64,000 nucleotides of DNA. Origin: Andalucia godoyi And28. Taxonomy: Eukaryota > Protista > Jakobida. Position numbers and translations under genes: made by a program. The notes under the pieces are model-generated. The model searched no databases. It saw only the letters and a list, made by a program, of their open reading frames with translations, and was not told the DNA's origin. This document shows, piece after piece, positions 11,273-22,452 of this stretch. The stretch covers positions 98,438-162,437 of the forward strand of contig VRVR01000028.1 of assembly GCA_009859145.1 (NCBI GenBank). Reading direction: 5' to 3'. How positions within the stretch are numbered: position 1 is the first letter of the stretch; the number at the start of each line of letters is the position of its first letter.

Positions 11273-11703
11273 ACCGTTGAATAATAGCACGTCGTTGTCA
11301 TGCATACGGAAGGAAGTATGCATAAACAGACATGGTCAATACTGGTCAACACTAGCGCGTTTGCTTCACAGGAATTCGTGCTTACGCGTAGCCATCTATC
11401 ATTCGTTCAGCGCACTTCCAAGACACGATCTCGTATCTCCAGGTGCATCAATCGCTGCAACTGAGGACACGAAAGCGCCTGCTGCCAGGGCCGTCAGAAT
11501 CAAAAAAATGCACCCTTCTCAGGAACACCGTGTCACGCTGAGAAAGTGGCTCACCGATTGATCGAGATTGGGAACGGAGCGCGGGACATTTATCTGAAGA
11601 ACGCCGTGAGGCGTGTTGGGGCCGATCCCCTTCCAGCCAACGGGATGCAGGATTGAATATGCATGTCTATTCGTAGATATGCATGTTCACTGTATAATGT
11701 AGG
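11273..11703 (+). mobile_element. Non-autonomous TnpB/Fanzor2-derived element, copy 1 (heavily deleted)
   Basis: Colinear with 56595-57288. Keeps WED-like RAVRIK..HPSQEHRVTLRKW joined to PIDRDW/NGARDIYLK (RuvC-III motif), then the right-end hairpin and TATAATGTAGG. Ends uncertain by a few bases. Confidence 0.85.
11575..11703 (+). ncRNA. Putative omegaRNA scaffold, copy 1
   Basis: Overlaps the 3' end of the TnpB remnant; GGGG-ccgat-CCCC hairpin and 16-bp stem with TTCG loop at 11654-11689. 5' boundary and expression are inferred. Confidence 0.6.
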
Positions 11704-11763
11704 CGCTCACTCTAGTACATTGGAGATCTTTACTTCATTCAAGTCAACGTGTGCTGGACGCGC

Positions 11764-13761
11764 TTAGCTGGATTGGTTCCAGCCCTGACCATGCTGTCCA
11801 TATCCACGCTGCGTGCCACTCTGCTGGTATCCTCCCATGTTGTGGTGGCTGTGGTGAGCATGGTACTGCGGGGTTTGCTGGGGCTGGCCTTGCGCAGACG
11901 ATCCGTAGTAGTCATTGCTGGGAATAACGCCCATGGAATTCTTAGAACCTTGCATTCCGGCAGCAGAACCCTGCATCGAGTTCGGGTAGTAGTTCTGGTA
12001 ATCGTGGTGCTGATGACCGTGATGACCGTGATGACCGTGATGGTGTCCCTTGACACTTCCCTTTGCGCCAGCGGCGTTCATCGAACCATCAACCATGGGC
12101 ATGAAGTACTGAGGCTGTTGGTAGTAGTCGTAATCATATCCGTAGTACATCGGAACAGGAACCTGCTGGGGAACGCCAGCTTGCTGGGATTTTGCATCCT
12201 TGTTCTGCGAAGCAGCTGCACCAGCGGCTACGCCTGTCGCGCCTGTCTGGGAAGCTCCAGCTGCTCCAAAAGGAACAGGTGCTGCGCCAGGATGATGGGG
12301 CATCATATACTGGTACTGCTGCGGGTAGTACGGGGGATAGAAAGACGGGTGGTAGTACGCGGCAGGGTACATCGACATAGGAACAGCCTGCGGATGGTTT
12401 CCTCCAACAGACGAAACACCTTGCTGGGCATATGGTTGTTGCTGAGCCTGCGCCTGCTGTGCCTGTGCGGACTGCTGGGACGCAAGATGCTGTTGCTGTT
12501 CCTCGGTGAACCCGGAATTCTGCATCTGGTAACCAGAGTAGCCATAGGTGGTGTCGGCTTGTTGAGGGGCCTGTGCTGGTGCAGACTGCTGCTGAACAAC
12601 TTGGGACACAGTTTGCGGAGTTTGTTTCTCGATGGGTTTGGATTCTGCAACGTCGATCGGAGCTGCAGCGGCAACCGAATGCTCGGTCTTCTTCGATACA
12701 TCAATGCCAAACGTTCCGAATTGGAATTGGAGATCCGGAATCTCTGAGAGGCCTGGAATCTGGACGGCCTCGTGAGGGATCAATGGCTCCTCACGAAGGG
12801 CAGCCGGTGCAGATGTGACAGTCGGATGCGGGACGGCAGTCGGTTCTGGTTGAGGGACTGGAGCAGGAGCAGGAGCAAGAGCAGGAGCAGGAACAGAAAT
12901 AGGAATGGGGACTTCCGCAACAATGGGCGCAGCAGAGACCGCAGCAACGCCAGAGTCCGGTGACGAAACAGGAGTTTCCGCTACAGTAGTTGTTTCCTCT
13001 CTTTGGTGTGATTCGTCCCTCTTTTCCTTGTGGTGTTGCGGGCGAGGCTCCTTTCGTGGAAGGCTCTTCGTGACCGGCGCTGCGGAAGAGACCGCAGGTT
13101 TTCTCTCTTCAACTTTAAAAAGAGATGCCCAGGTGGGCTTGGAGGGCGCGGGAGGTGCGGCTTGAGCGGCTTGCGCTGCAACTGACTCCTCTACCTTGGC
13201 TTTGGGCTTCTCTGCGTAGCTTTGGTTCTGATATCTGGATTGGCGTGCTCGAGTACTGTCTCGCATGGTAGGAGCAGCTGCAGGCTGTGGAACTGAAGAC
13301 GAAGAAGACAAAGAAGATGTAGAAGCAATTTGGGAGCTGCTTTCGCTGGATACAGGAGCAGCCACGGGTTTGTTTTCAGATGCAACAAACTTGCAAGGCG
13401 GGCGCTCGTGCCTCTCACGGGGAAGTGTTTCTGTTTCCTTTTTGTACTCGTCCTTCTTCTTCTGTCTGGAGATCACATCCTCCCAGCCAGCATCCTCATC
13501 CACATACGCCCCTTCCAGATACGCATTGGCAGCTGCATTCACGTCCATGTCGTACTTTGCAAGCAGTTCCGACAAGACCTTATCTGAGACATTCGCACCA
13601 AGGAGTTCGTGGAGATCCTTCATTGATTTTGCGTATTTTTTGGAAGAGACCTTGACGACTTTCTTGTCCGCATCTGCAGGCTTCGACCGCGAAGAAGCCG
13701 TTTCGGCGAGGATGGCATGCAAATCCACCGCTCGTTTGAAGTCAGCGTTGACAGAGCTCAT
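11764..13761 (-). CDS. UBA/CUE-like domain protein with Q/Y/P-rich tail (UBAP2/Def1-like)
   Basis: From ATG 13761 (MSSVNADF); VLSELLAKYDMDVNAAANAYLEG followed by GWEDVISRQKKK; FQFGTF motif; low-complexity Q/Y tail. Confidence 0.75.
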   Translation of the reverse strand: MSSVNADFKRAVDLHAILAETASSRSKPADADKKVVKVSSKKYAKSMKDLHELLGANVSDKVLSELLAKYDMDVNAAANAYLEGAYVDEDAGWEDVISRQKKKDEYKKETETLPRERHERPPCKFVASENKPVAAPVSSESSSQIASTSSLSSSSSVPQPAAAPTMRDSTRARQSRYQNQSYAEKPKAKVEESVAAQAAQAAPPAPSKPTWASLFKVEERKPAVSSAAPVTKSLPRKEPRPQHHKEKRDESHQREETTTVAETPVSSPDSGVAAVSAAPIVAEVPIPISVPAPALAPAPAPVPQPEPTAVPHPTVTSAPAALREEPLIPHEAVQIPGLSEIPDLQFQFGTFGIDVSKKTEHSVAAAAPIDVAESKPIEKQTPQTVSQVVQQQSAPAQAPQQADTTYGYSGYQMQNSGFTEEQQQHLASQQSAQAQQAQAQQQPYAQQGVSSVGGNHPQAVPMSMYPAAYYHPSFYPPYYPQQYQYMMPHHPGAAPVPFGAAGASQTGATGVAAGAAASQNKDAKSQQAGVPQQVPVPMYYGYDYDYYQQPQYFMPMVDGSMNAAGAKGSVKGHHHGHHGHHGHQHHDYQNYYPNSMQGSAAGMQGSKNSMGVIPSNDYYGSSAQGQPQQTPQYHAHHSHHNMGGYQQSGTQRGYGQHGQGWNQSS

Positions 13762-13912
13762 TGAGGAAACTTTCTTTTTTGATTTGGCTGGAAAAAAGGG
13801 GAGGGGGGAGAACGACAAGGTGCCTGTGAAGAAGAGAAATTGGAGAAAACCCACACAAGAAAACAGAGAGGAAAAGAGGAGCAAAACAAAGAAAGGAAAA
13901 GACGAAACAGAC

Positions 13913-13916
<4 letters not shown>

Positions 13917-13944
<28 letters not shown>
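13917..13944. repeat. (GA)n microsatellite
   Basis: Direct reading. Confidence 0.95.
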
Positions 13945-13948
<4 letters not shown>

Positions 13949-16804
13949 AAATGGAAGACCGGAAAAGCCCCACGAGTTGAATTGCAATGACGTCCAAATC
14001 ACTCAACAGAGTTCCTGACTCGAAGGAATGGGCATGCTTTTTTTGTCAGGATGAGCGACAAGAAGTGTCAGTGATTTTGGCGGTCATTTTTGAATTCAGG
14101 TGCAGTTTCCAGCATCAATCAGAAAGCTCAAAGAAGCTGAAGGAAGAGGACTACGGCAGTTGGCTTGATATTTTTGCGGACCACTGCTGCTTTGAATGGT
14201 TAAAAAAAAGCGCCCCCGGTCTTCGCGAAGAGATTTTGACGGTCTTCACACGCATCAGTTCGACTCTGATGAAGAGATAACGCGAGAAGACAGGTTGCCG
14301 TCTTTTGTTGCTCGAAAATGGTGAGCAACATTTTCCTACAAAGAAAGGAACAACTCGAGTGGTTCCCCACGGAACAACACTCGATTCGCGAACAACCCAC
14401 TGAACAGCTGGTCGCCAGACGGTGACAAGCGCAATCATCAGAAGAAAGAAGGTTGTGCACAGGAGACGTTGACATGCAGGAGAGAGTGCTGTGACCCCCC
14501 GAAAAAGCGCGGATTTTGATGATCAGCGTCCCACAAAGTGTGGAGTCCCTCCTGATTGCAGCCGGAGGAGGACAGTCTTTCTGGGTAAGGCATCCGATGT
14601 CTGATGACGATTCTTTCTGACTGTCAGATTCACCGTCTTTGGACAATCGGAAGATACCTTTGCAACAGACTCTTTCAAACCAAAGCTGGAGCCCTATCGA
14701 ACACATGTTGCAGGACATAAAAGGACAACCAAGTGAACAAAAGACCGGCTGGCAAAACGGAAAACGTCGTCAAGAATTTAAGAGGAAACGCCGGGCATAG
14801 AATGGGCAGCCAGCAGAAAATGTATCACAGCGCTGTGCGAGTCAACAGACTTATCAACGAACTGGCATGTCTACTGGTTTCGGAAGCCAAGAAGAGGCCT
14901 TCATCCAGCACAACAAGTTGCGCCAAACAGCGGATCACGCGAGAGGCGTCGAGCGGGTTGACAGAGTATGGATAGAAACAACGACGGCAGACTGATTTGC
15001 AAGCGCTTCTGCAAGAGCTGAAACGCAAAAAGAACAACGGTTAACGGCGGAGATGAGTGCTTGGAACCAAAAAAAGTAATTGTAGGCCATTATGAGAAAC
15101 GATCATGTGCGCCAATTCTCTTCGATGAGTTAGTTGCAGATTTCGTCATATTACCGACGCTCACATGAAGCAGCGGGGGGCTTCAGACCCCGTAACTTTC
15201 AAGACCATAGAGCAAGCACCCGAAATGCTTGTAAGAACTTTGAGAACATCGCGCCCGAGCTAATTGGAAGCCGACGCTTGTCTCAGTACCCCAGAGGAAA
15301 GAAGTTCCCCGAAACGTACGGGAATGAAAACATTGGGACGACCTCGCAGATGATGATGAAATGACTAACTCTGACTATGTACGGAAAACGAAAACAGAGT
15401 GGACACCAGTTTCTTCATTTCAATCCACTGCATGAGTCTCTGTCACCTAAAAATTTATAACTGCGAACCATGCATAAAAACATCAGATAATCTTGGCTGC
15501 TCGTCATCAGTTCTGATTCTCTTATCTTTGCTCACCGCTTTCTGTGCAGCATGATCTGCAAGGAATTGAATTTTGTACGAGGGCAGAGACGGGTTGTCTG
15601 CACTATGTGACAAATGCATTCATATAAGGCCAAATTTACGATAATTGCACAAGGATAGTACGAGTTTGCAGTTAAATTATACTGTCGAAAAACGAGGACG
15701 CTTCTAGCGGATACCGTGATGATTACAAAGGAATCACTGAACAAATATGATTCCTGCTGTTACCGAGAATATCTGCCATGCAGAAGATCTTTTTCAGAGA
15801 TGCGGTTTTTGATTCTAACTCTCTTGCCCTCCGCAAACCGTTCAATATTTATACGAGTTGCCTTTCGGAAGAAAAACTCTGCGTGTCTTTTATTCTTTCT
15901 TGGTTCGCATTCTATCGGTTTTCAAGATTTTCCACAGCGACGGATAAGTTTTGCGAGGATCTAGAATCTGCTGTCATCAACGTGCTCTGCTGAATGGAGT
16001 ACGGCTTTCCGTTTTCGGGTGCTTTTGTTTTGCGTGCTGCTTTCGACGGTGCCGTTAATCGTTTATTTGTGGCTTTTGGCCACTGTTCTGAATGGTAATC
16101 AATTGCTGTCGGGGAGTTTACGCTGTACATTTTCAAATCGCAGTCTTCGTTGCAACGCAACCACTGTTACGATGTGATCAGCTGGAGAATGAGCAGAATT
16201 TCTGGAAAGGGAGCTGTCAACGTTCTCCCCTTCCAATAGCAGCGGGTACAATGTTGAAGTTTTTTAAAAGCGCAAGATCTTAAGTTTGTTTGAATGTCCA
16301 GATCTGGTCATCCAGAGGCGTTGGAAATGCAAGTCCTCCAGCTTGCTACCGGTTGGTGATTTTTTTTTTTGTGAAAGTGCTGCCTGTTCAGTATGTTGCA
16401 GAAGTTTTTAGTCTTTGGACTCTTTTCGTGTTGTTTCTGAACGGTAACACTCATTACAACGAATCTTCGCAACTTTTCTTAAACGGAGATTTCTTTTCCC
16501 ACTCTCCGAGTTTTCAGCAGGGACAACATGATTTTTGAACGATAAAATGCACATCTTTGTACATAGATCTCTGAATTGTTTGCATGGGTTTGTGAGAAAC
16601 GCAACTGACAAAAATTTCTCGCACTGCAATGGTGTTGGAATGTTCCCAGCCTTTCAGCCATCGCTGAAGTATCCTGCCAGCTGTAAGAAGTACATTATGC
16701 CCGCCTCGCTAATTGTGGACGACATCCAAAGAAAACCAGGTTGTCCGCACTTTGTTCAAAAGCATTTTCATACTAATTTCCACACTAATTTCCACGACTG
16801 CAAA

Positions 16805-17726
16805 ATGCCTCTGGACACATCCTTTTTCAATCCTTCATCGATCATTATCAATGAATGCTGCTCTCGAATTCGCGATTGTTACGTGTCTTCATACGGCACT
16901 TTGCACGGAGAATACGGTGAAATTCTCCAGTGGGTATGTTTCTCCCCTTCAACGCCGATAATTATTCTCCTCATGAATGATCAGTCTTTTCACGTTTCGA
17001 CAGGCTGGCTCTATGGCCCTTGAAATTATAGCCGGATCGGATGCTTTATATCATAATGTTGAGCATACGTCGTTTGTGACCCTCGTTGGTCAAGAAATTC
17101 TGCGAGGCCGACACATCAAAGAAGGAGGCGTCACTCCCGAAGACTGGCTGCACGTCATGATATCTCTTTTATGCCACGATATTGGATATTGCAAAGGGGT
17201 CCTTCGAAATGATAGACCGTCCGAGAACATGTTTGCAACAGGCATTGGATCTGAAATGGTTTTCATCGCTCCGGGACGAACGGATGCTGCGCTTACGCCT
17301 TACCATGTAGATCGTGGCCGTCAATTTGTCATGGAACGCTTCGGCGGACATAAGATTATCAATGCGGAGATTATCAGAAGAAATATTGAACTGACTCGGT
17401 TTCCAGTTCCTGATGACGATGACCATAGAGACACGTTAAATTATCCGGGACTCGTGAGAGCTGCCGATCTGATTGGTCAATTATCAGACCCTCGTTATCT
17501 CTTCAAAGTCCCAGCGCTCTTTGGAGAATTTCAGGAAACAGGGACTGCACAGCGTCTGGGCTATTCAAATCCAGGCGACTTAAGATCCTCCTATCCGAAG
17601 TTCTTCTGGAATGTTGTCTCTCCGTACATCTCCAAAGCGATTGATTATTTGAAGGTCACTCAAAACGGCCGTCAAGTGGTTGCTAATTTGTATTCCAATG
17701 TCTTCATGGTTGAGCACAATTGCTAG
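16805..17726 (+). CDS. HD-domain metallo-phosphohydrolase of cyanobacterial type (Npun_R2479-like); join(16805..16933,17004..17726)
   Basis: YHNVEH, CHDIGY, LTPYHVDR, RAADLIGQLSDPRY, ANLYSNVF motifs. A 70-nt phase-0 intron (GTATGT...CAG) restores ILQW|AGSMALE; 283 aa. Confidence 0.9.
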
Positions 17727-17795
17727 CGCATTTTTCATCCCACTTTTTGCTCGCTACAGTAACCTCCGTCGGATTTGAACCAAATAAAATTTATT

Positions 17796-20112
17796 CTACT
17801 CGCAAACTTGGTGTTGTGACGGCGAAGGACCGACCACCGTCCACTTGAAGATTGCTGAATCCCGACTTACAGAATACAAGAACGATCCACACGACGACCA
17901 AGAAAGCGCACAGATTGCGGTGCTGTGGCCATGATACTCTCGAAACATGGCAGGAGTCTTCATCTTCCAGCTCTGCAAACTAAAACCGGAGCCAACGCAC
18001 GGGGAGCCATACAGCGCCAACGCACCGTCGCGACGACCGACTGCCAGCAGCGGATATGCGGGATTTTGTCTGACGATTGGAGTCTGCGAGAGCTCAACCG
18101 GTTCTGAATCCCATAGCCCTTGAACATCCCAGCCAAAAGGGCAAGAGTTCTTCGCCCACTGCACATTCTGAACATCATGCAAAGATGAAACAGTCCTTCC
18201 GCAATGCAAGTCCCAAAAGAGCAACTCAGAATCTTCTGAATTCGTCCGCAGAAAGTGAGAGTCTTGCGAAAAATCGACGTACTTCACAGCAGATGAATGT
18301 CCTCGCAAGCGAAATAGCAGACTTCGTGAAGACCAATCGTACACATACACATACTGATCTGCGGATGCAACACAAATGAAAGACTTGTCAACTGCCACGG
18401 CCACGCAATTGATCATTTCACGCGCATCATTTGATCTCCATAGTTCGGCATGGTCGAATGTTCTGTCCTCAAATTGATAAAGCGTCACTGATCCCGATTT
18501 GTCACCCAACAGCACTCCACTCGGTTCCAAAATACAGCCTGCAGTCGCACAAGGATCGCAATTCCACGAAGCAACTAGACACAATGTCTTTGCATGTAGC
18601 AGACTCACTGTGGAGCCCACACCTCCACATAAAAGTACATCAGTACCGCAGATGCTGCCAAAAGCAAGGAAGCGGCTCGTGGGTCCAGATGTTTTCCGAA
18701 GATCCCCACCGTACCCAGTGAGAAAGCGTACCGGTTTGTTCAGAACAGTCGCTTGCGGACGATCCGGAAAACACGAAAAAACTTCTCCAGCATTCGTGGA
18801 TGTCCACACGCCACCGCATTTAAACACAAGCTCCAGTATATCATTGCTGGAATCACTATTCGGAGCGTCAAAAATGCTGACCGAGCGCAAGGACGCGGAG
18901 GTCCCGTGATCATCCAAAATCGTCCAGCTGTGCACCAACGAGAACTCGCTCTCATCGGCACGGAAGTGCCATAGACAAAGCTTTCCGTCAGATGCACATG
19001 TCAGAAGACCACTGTCTGCAAATGACATGATATGATTTATAAATGCATCATGACACTTAAAAGTCCACAAGGGGTGCTGCTGACTGCAAACCAGCACATA
19101 TCCCGTGGATAGTCCAAAAACAACAAAACTTTGCAGGAAACAACACGAAGTGACAAAGCATTTTGCGTCCGGTATAGAGAACGATTGTTGAAGGACCAGC
19201 TCGGCCTTTGAAATGTTCCAATAGCATAAATGATTTAATCCGCCGGACACAAACGAGCTGTTATCTGTATCGTGACCGCAGACGAAAACGGGAGATGCAA
19301 ACCGCGAAGGGACAGACAAACAGGCCACTTGGGCGCCAGTGGAGGCTTCAAATACTTTGACGGAACACAGGCTTCCAACACCAAGTACAAACAGAAAATC
19401 CCCTGCAGAAGAAAAAGACATACTCTTGACTGTCTCGTCGTGTCCAAAATGGAGCGTGCAGAGGATTGCAAACGTCGAAGCATCCCAGACAAGGACGATT
19501 CCGTTCTTTGCCTGCGATGATGCGATGGTGTGTCTTTGGGGATGATACGCCATTGCGGTCACAGTCTCTGAATGGCCAAAGAAAAACCGCTGAGACTGAT
19601 TGTCAAGTGTCGACAGAATGCAAACCACGGTATCACAAAAGAACGCCAGCTCTCTGGATCGTAGAGAAATCAAATTTCCTCGACAATCATGCCCACGAGG
19701 ACCAGACACCATCGAGAGCGCTGCGTGATACGGAGGAGGACAGAACAGACGTGATCGGTCTTCACAGAAAACAGGAGCATTTGAAGGCGGAACAATTCCC
19801 GAAAAAAAGGGAAACGGAGGAACGACATCCGCAGGAAGCAACTCCGTGGCAAAATGCTCCAGCTGAACGGGCACATCACGATCTTTTACAAGACTGACAC
19901 TCTCCTGCTTCGATGCGGGACTGCTAAACAAGGGTGATTCCAATTCCAGTGCGAACAGATCATCCCGAAAGGACAACTCGAATGCCGCTGCGAAGGACGT
20001 ACAGTGAGAAACATTGTCAGAGTGCAATCAAGAAAATCGAGGACATACCGTGCTCCAAATGTGGAAACGATTCAAAATCCGATTTCTTGCGCTTCGAAGT
20101 GCCACAACCCAT
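17796..20112 (-). CDS. EML/EMAP-like WD40 protein with MGCGTS acylation motif; join(complement 20049..20112,17796..19987)
   Basis: HELP-like GPRGHDCRGNL, RFFFGHSETV, RGHSSAVKYVDFSQDSHFLRTNS. A 61-nt GTATGT..CAG intron (20048-19988) supplies the missing ATG in the correct phase. Confidence 0.8.
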
Positions 20113-20458
20113 CTTATTATTATTATTATTATTATTTTTGGTTCCCACGATTCACAGTCCACTACGCGCAGTCCACACGAGAGTGACGCTGGTGGGGGAA
20201 ACTGGTTATGTGGAAATCTGCACTGAGGCTACAAAAAAAAATAAAAAAAAGACGATCAATCTCAATCTCGCGCACTCAAGCATTTCGAGTGGGAAAGCAA
20301 AGTCCCCGACATCAGAATGCAACACCACCACAAAACGACGAATCGTGAATCCCTGGCTGTCACTCGACTCGTCTGACTGTGTTCATGTTCAAACGGGACT
20401 GTTTGTGTCACCCCGCGACGCATATACCGCCATCATCAAACCCCGCATCCAGCATTCG

Positions 20459-21071
20459 ATGAATTTTCTTCAAGAATTCACTAATATTCCCAAGGAATTC
20501 CTTCGGGACTCTACATCAAAGTATGTCGGATTCTCCCCTCCCGATGTTTCGCTGGCGTCTGACATAGTACTGAAAAACCTCTTTTTTCTTTCTTTTCTGT
20601 CGCAGTCTTGGTGAGGAGTCTGCCAAAATAATGTCGTCTGCCATCCTTTCGTGTTCCACATTGTTGAAATCCGGAATGAAAGAATCTGGTGATTCTGTTG
20701 CGCGTGAAATCCGAATGTTCCAGGCTTGGCGCTCCGAGTTCCGGATACTGGTTGCTGCTGTCTTTTCTCTTGCGTTCGTTTTTGCGTTTTGGAGTGGTCT
20801 GGTGAGTGCATTTGCACAGTCAACCTTTGTTCTCAATGCTTCCGGCGCTTTGGCGATTTCATTGTACACTTTGGACGCAGATTTGTTCCGAGCCCATGCT
20901 CTTTTCCCTTTCACATCGGCCTTCGTAATGTTCTTGATTTGCTTTTGGCACAGTATTCATATCAGCTGGTTCTTGGTTCCGTTTTCTTGCGTATGGGCTT
21001 CCGTTTGCGGAATTGAGTATCACAAGCATTATGCTTCCAAAGCAAGCAGGCGAAATGCGAAAGAAGCGTGA
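20459..21071 (+). CDS. Small multi-pass membrane protein; join(20459..20520,20606..21071)
   Basis: 85-nt intron GTATGT...polypyrimidine-CGCAG joins two ORFs in phase (175 aa, 3-4 hydrophobic segments). Start codon uncertain. Confidence 0.55.
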
Positions 21072-21522
21072 CGTCCGGACGGGACTTGTCGGTCACGGTG
21101 TTCTGAATTCGCCGCCAACGCCGCAAAAAAGCCAGACACTCGCCTGCACCGCTGACCTCACGACCTCCAAAACGACAGGAAAAGGACTCTCTGCTGCCGA
21201 TGAATCAGATTGCGAATCTGGATTCGGAGCGGACCATGCTGGGTTTTTTGTTGAGTGCCGACGGGTCTCACGGGGAATTTGATTCTCCAGTGGACGACGA
21301 CGTCGAGAAGGAGCGCGCGTCCGTCATCGTTCGTGTACATTGTTGGGGTCTCTCAAGAGACAGTCATCTGGGGATGCAGGACGATAAGAAAATGAGTTTA
21401 TATAAGTAAGAAAGCATACAAACAAACACTCGGCGAGCTTAGCCCTCTAGAGTGGAAGAAACGGGAGAAGGTAAACGAAATTGATTCATGACAGAAGAGT
21501 TTGGCACCAATGCATTGTTTGT

Positions 21523-22134
21523 TCAGCAGCAACCTTTCTTCTTCTTGTTTTGACCTTCGTTGACGTCGATAGTATCCGGTACGTAAATATCCTCATCCAC
21601 CTCTTGCTTCAAAGCATTTCTCGCAACAACTTGGAATGCTTGTTCGACGTTGATCGCCTCCTTCGCAGAAGTCTCAAAATACGGAATGTTACCCTTTGAT
21701 TGGCACCATGCAAGAGCTTTCTTGTGCGGGACAACACGGTTCGATTCTACATCAATCTTGTTTCCAATGACAATGAACGGGAAGTTTTCCGGGTCCCTGG
21801 GTCCAGCCTGGATCAGGAATTCTTCGCGCCAGGATTCAAGGTTGTCGAAGGACTTCGCCGCAGTAACGTCGTAAACGAGAATGCACGCATCAGCACCTCG
21901 GTAGAATGCAACTCCCAAACTCTGGAAGCGCTCTTGACCGGCAGTATCCCAAATCTGCATCGTCACAAGTCTGTCGTCCACCATCACTTCCTTCGTCAAG
22001 AAGTCAGCACCAATGGTTGCCTTGTATTGGTTGGAGAACTTCTTGTTCACGAACTGGTTCATCAACGAAGTCTTACCGACCCCTGAATCTCCCAAAATAA
22101 TTACCTTCAACAGAACCTTTTTGCGGGACGCCAT
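21523..22134 (-). CDS. RAB7: Rab7 GTPase
   Basis: [55 protein letters not shown]-terminal GCC; 203 aa. Confidence 0.97.
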   Translation of the reverse strand: MASRKKVLLKVIILGDSGVGKTSLMNQFVNKKFSNQYKATIGADFLTKEVMVDDRLVTMQIWDTAGQERFQSLGVAFYRGADACILVYDVTAAKSFDNLESWREEFLIQAGPRDPENFPFIVIGNKIDVESNRVVPHKKALAWCQSKGNIPYFETSAKEAINVEQAFQVVARNALKQEVDEDIYVPDTIDVNEGQNKKKKGCC

Positions 22135-22452
22135 ATGTGATGCAAAAAATGAGTGCGAAGATGCGAAGCAAGCAGGAAAACAGAAAGCAGAAGAGGAAAA
22201 GAACGCAGAAGAATCAATGTTTTTTACCAGTCGGAGGAAATGGATGACGATTTCCCCCTCCTTTCTCTCCCCAATCCTCGGTGGCCATAACCCAAACAGA
22301 AGAGGCTGACAACTGACATCCTCTGACACTCGTTTTCGGGAAAAGCCTCTTTCTTGTTTTTGTTGTTGGTGCGTTTCCTCGGTTGTAGTTGTTTGGGTAA
22401 TCATCAATTAGGCGGGGGCTCGTCAGTTTCGTCTCCAGCAGGTTTGTCTTTC

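Noticed and set aside
11749-12747. Long antisense ORFs (also 3748-4569, 26586-27476, 53274-54008)
   Set aside because: Shadows of real genes on the opposite strand, produced by low-complexity codon usage.
14660-14730. SWSPIEHMLQDIK resembles the Tc1/IS630 motif SPDLNPIE.W..LK
   Set aside because: PDLN and the conserved Trp are missing, and no other DDE motifs or TIRs are nearby.
14000-15040. Several in-frame TGA codons in protein-like frames, suggesting UGA recoding
   Set aside because: The count is near chance expectation, TAA/TAG also interrupt, and real genes here use TGA as stop.
21013-21409. Two overlapping short ORFs downstream of the small membrane protein
   Set aside because: No consistent splice or start model found; may be UTR or a frameshifted tail.
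21523-22407. ORF-track N-terminal extensions on Rab7, the UBA-like gene, INO80, ArfGAP and the channel
   Set aside because: They start at TTG/GTG in T-rich UTR sequence; downstream ATGs fit the known or plausible N-termini.
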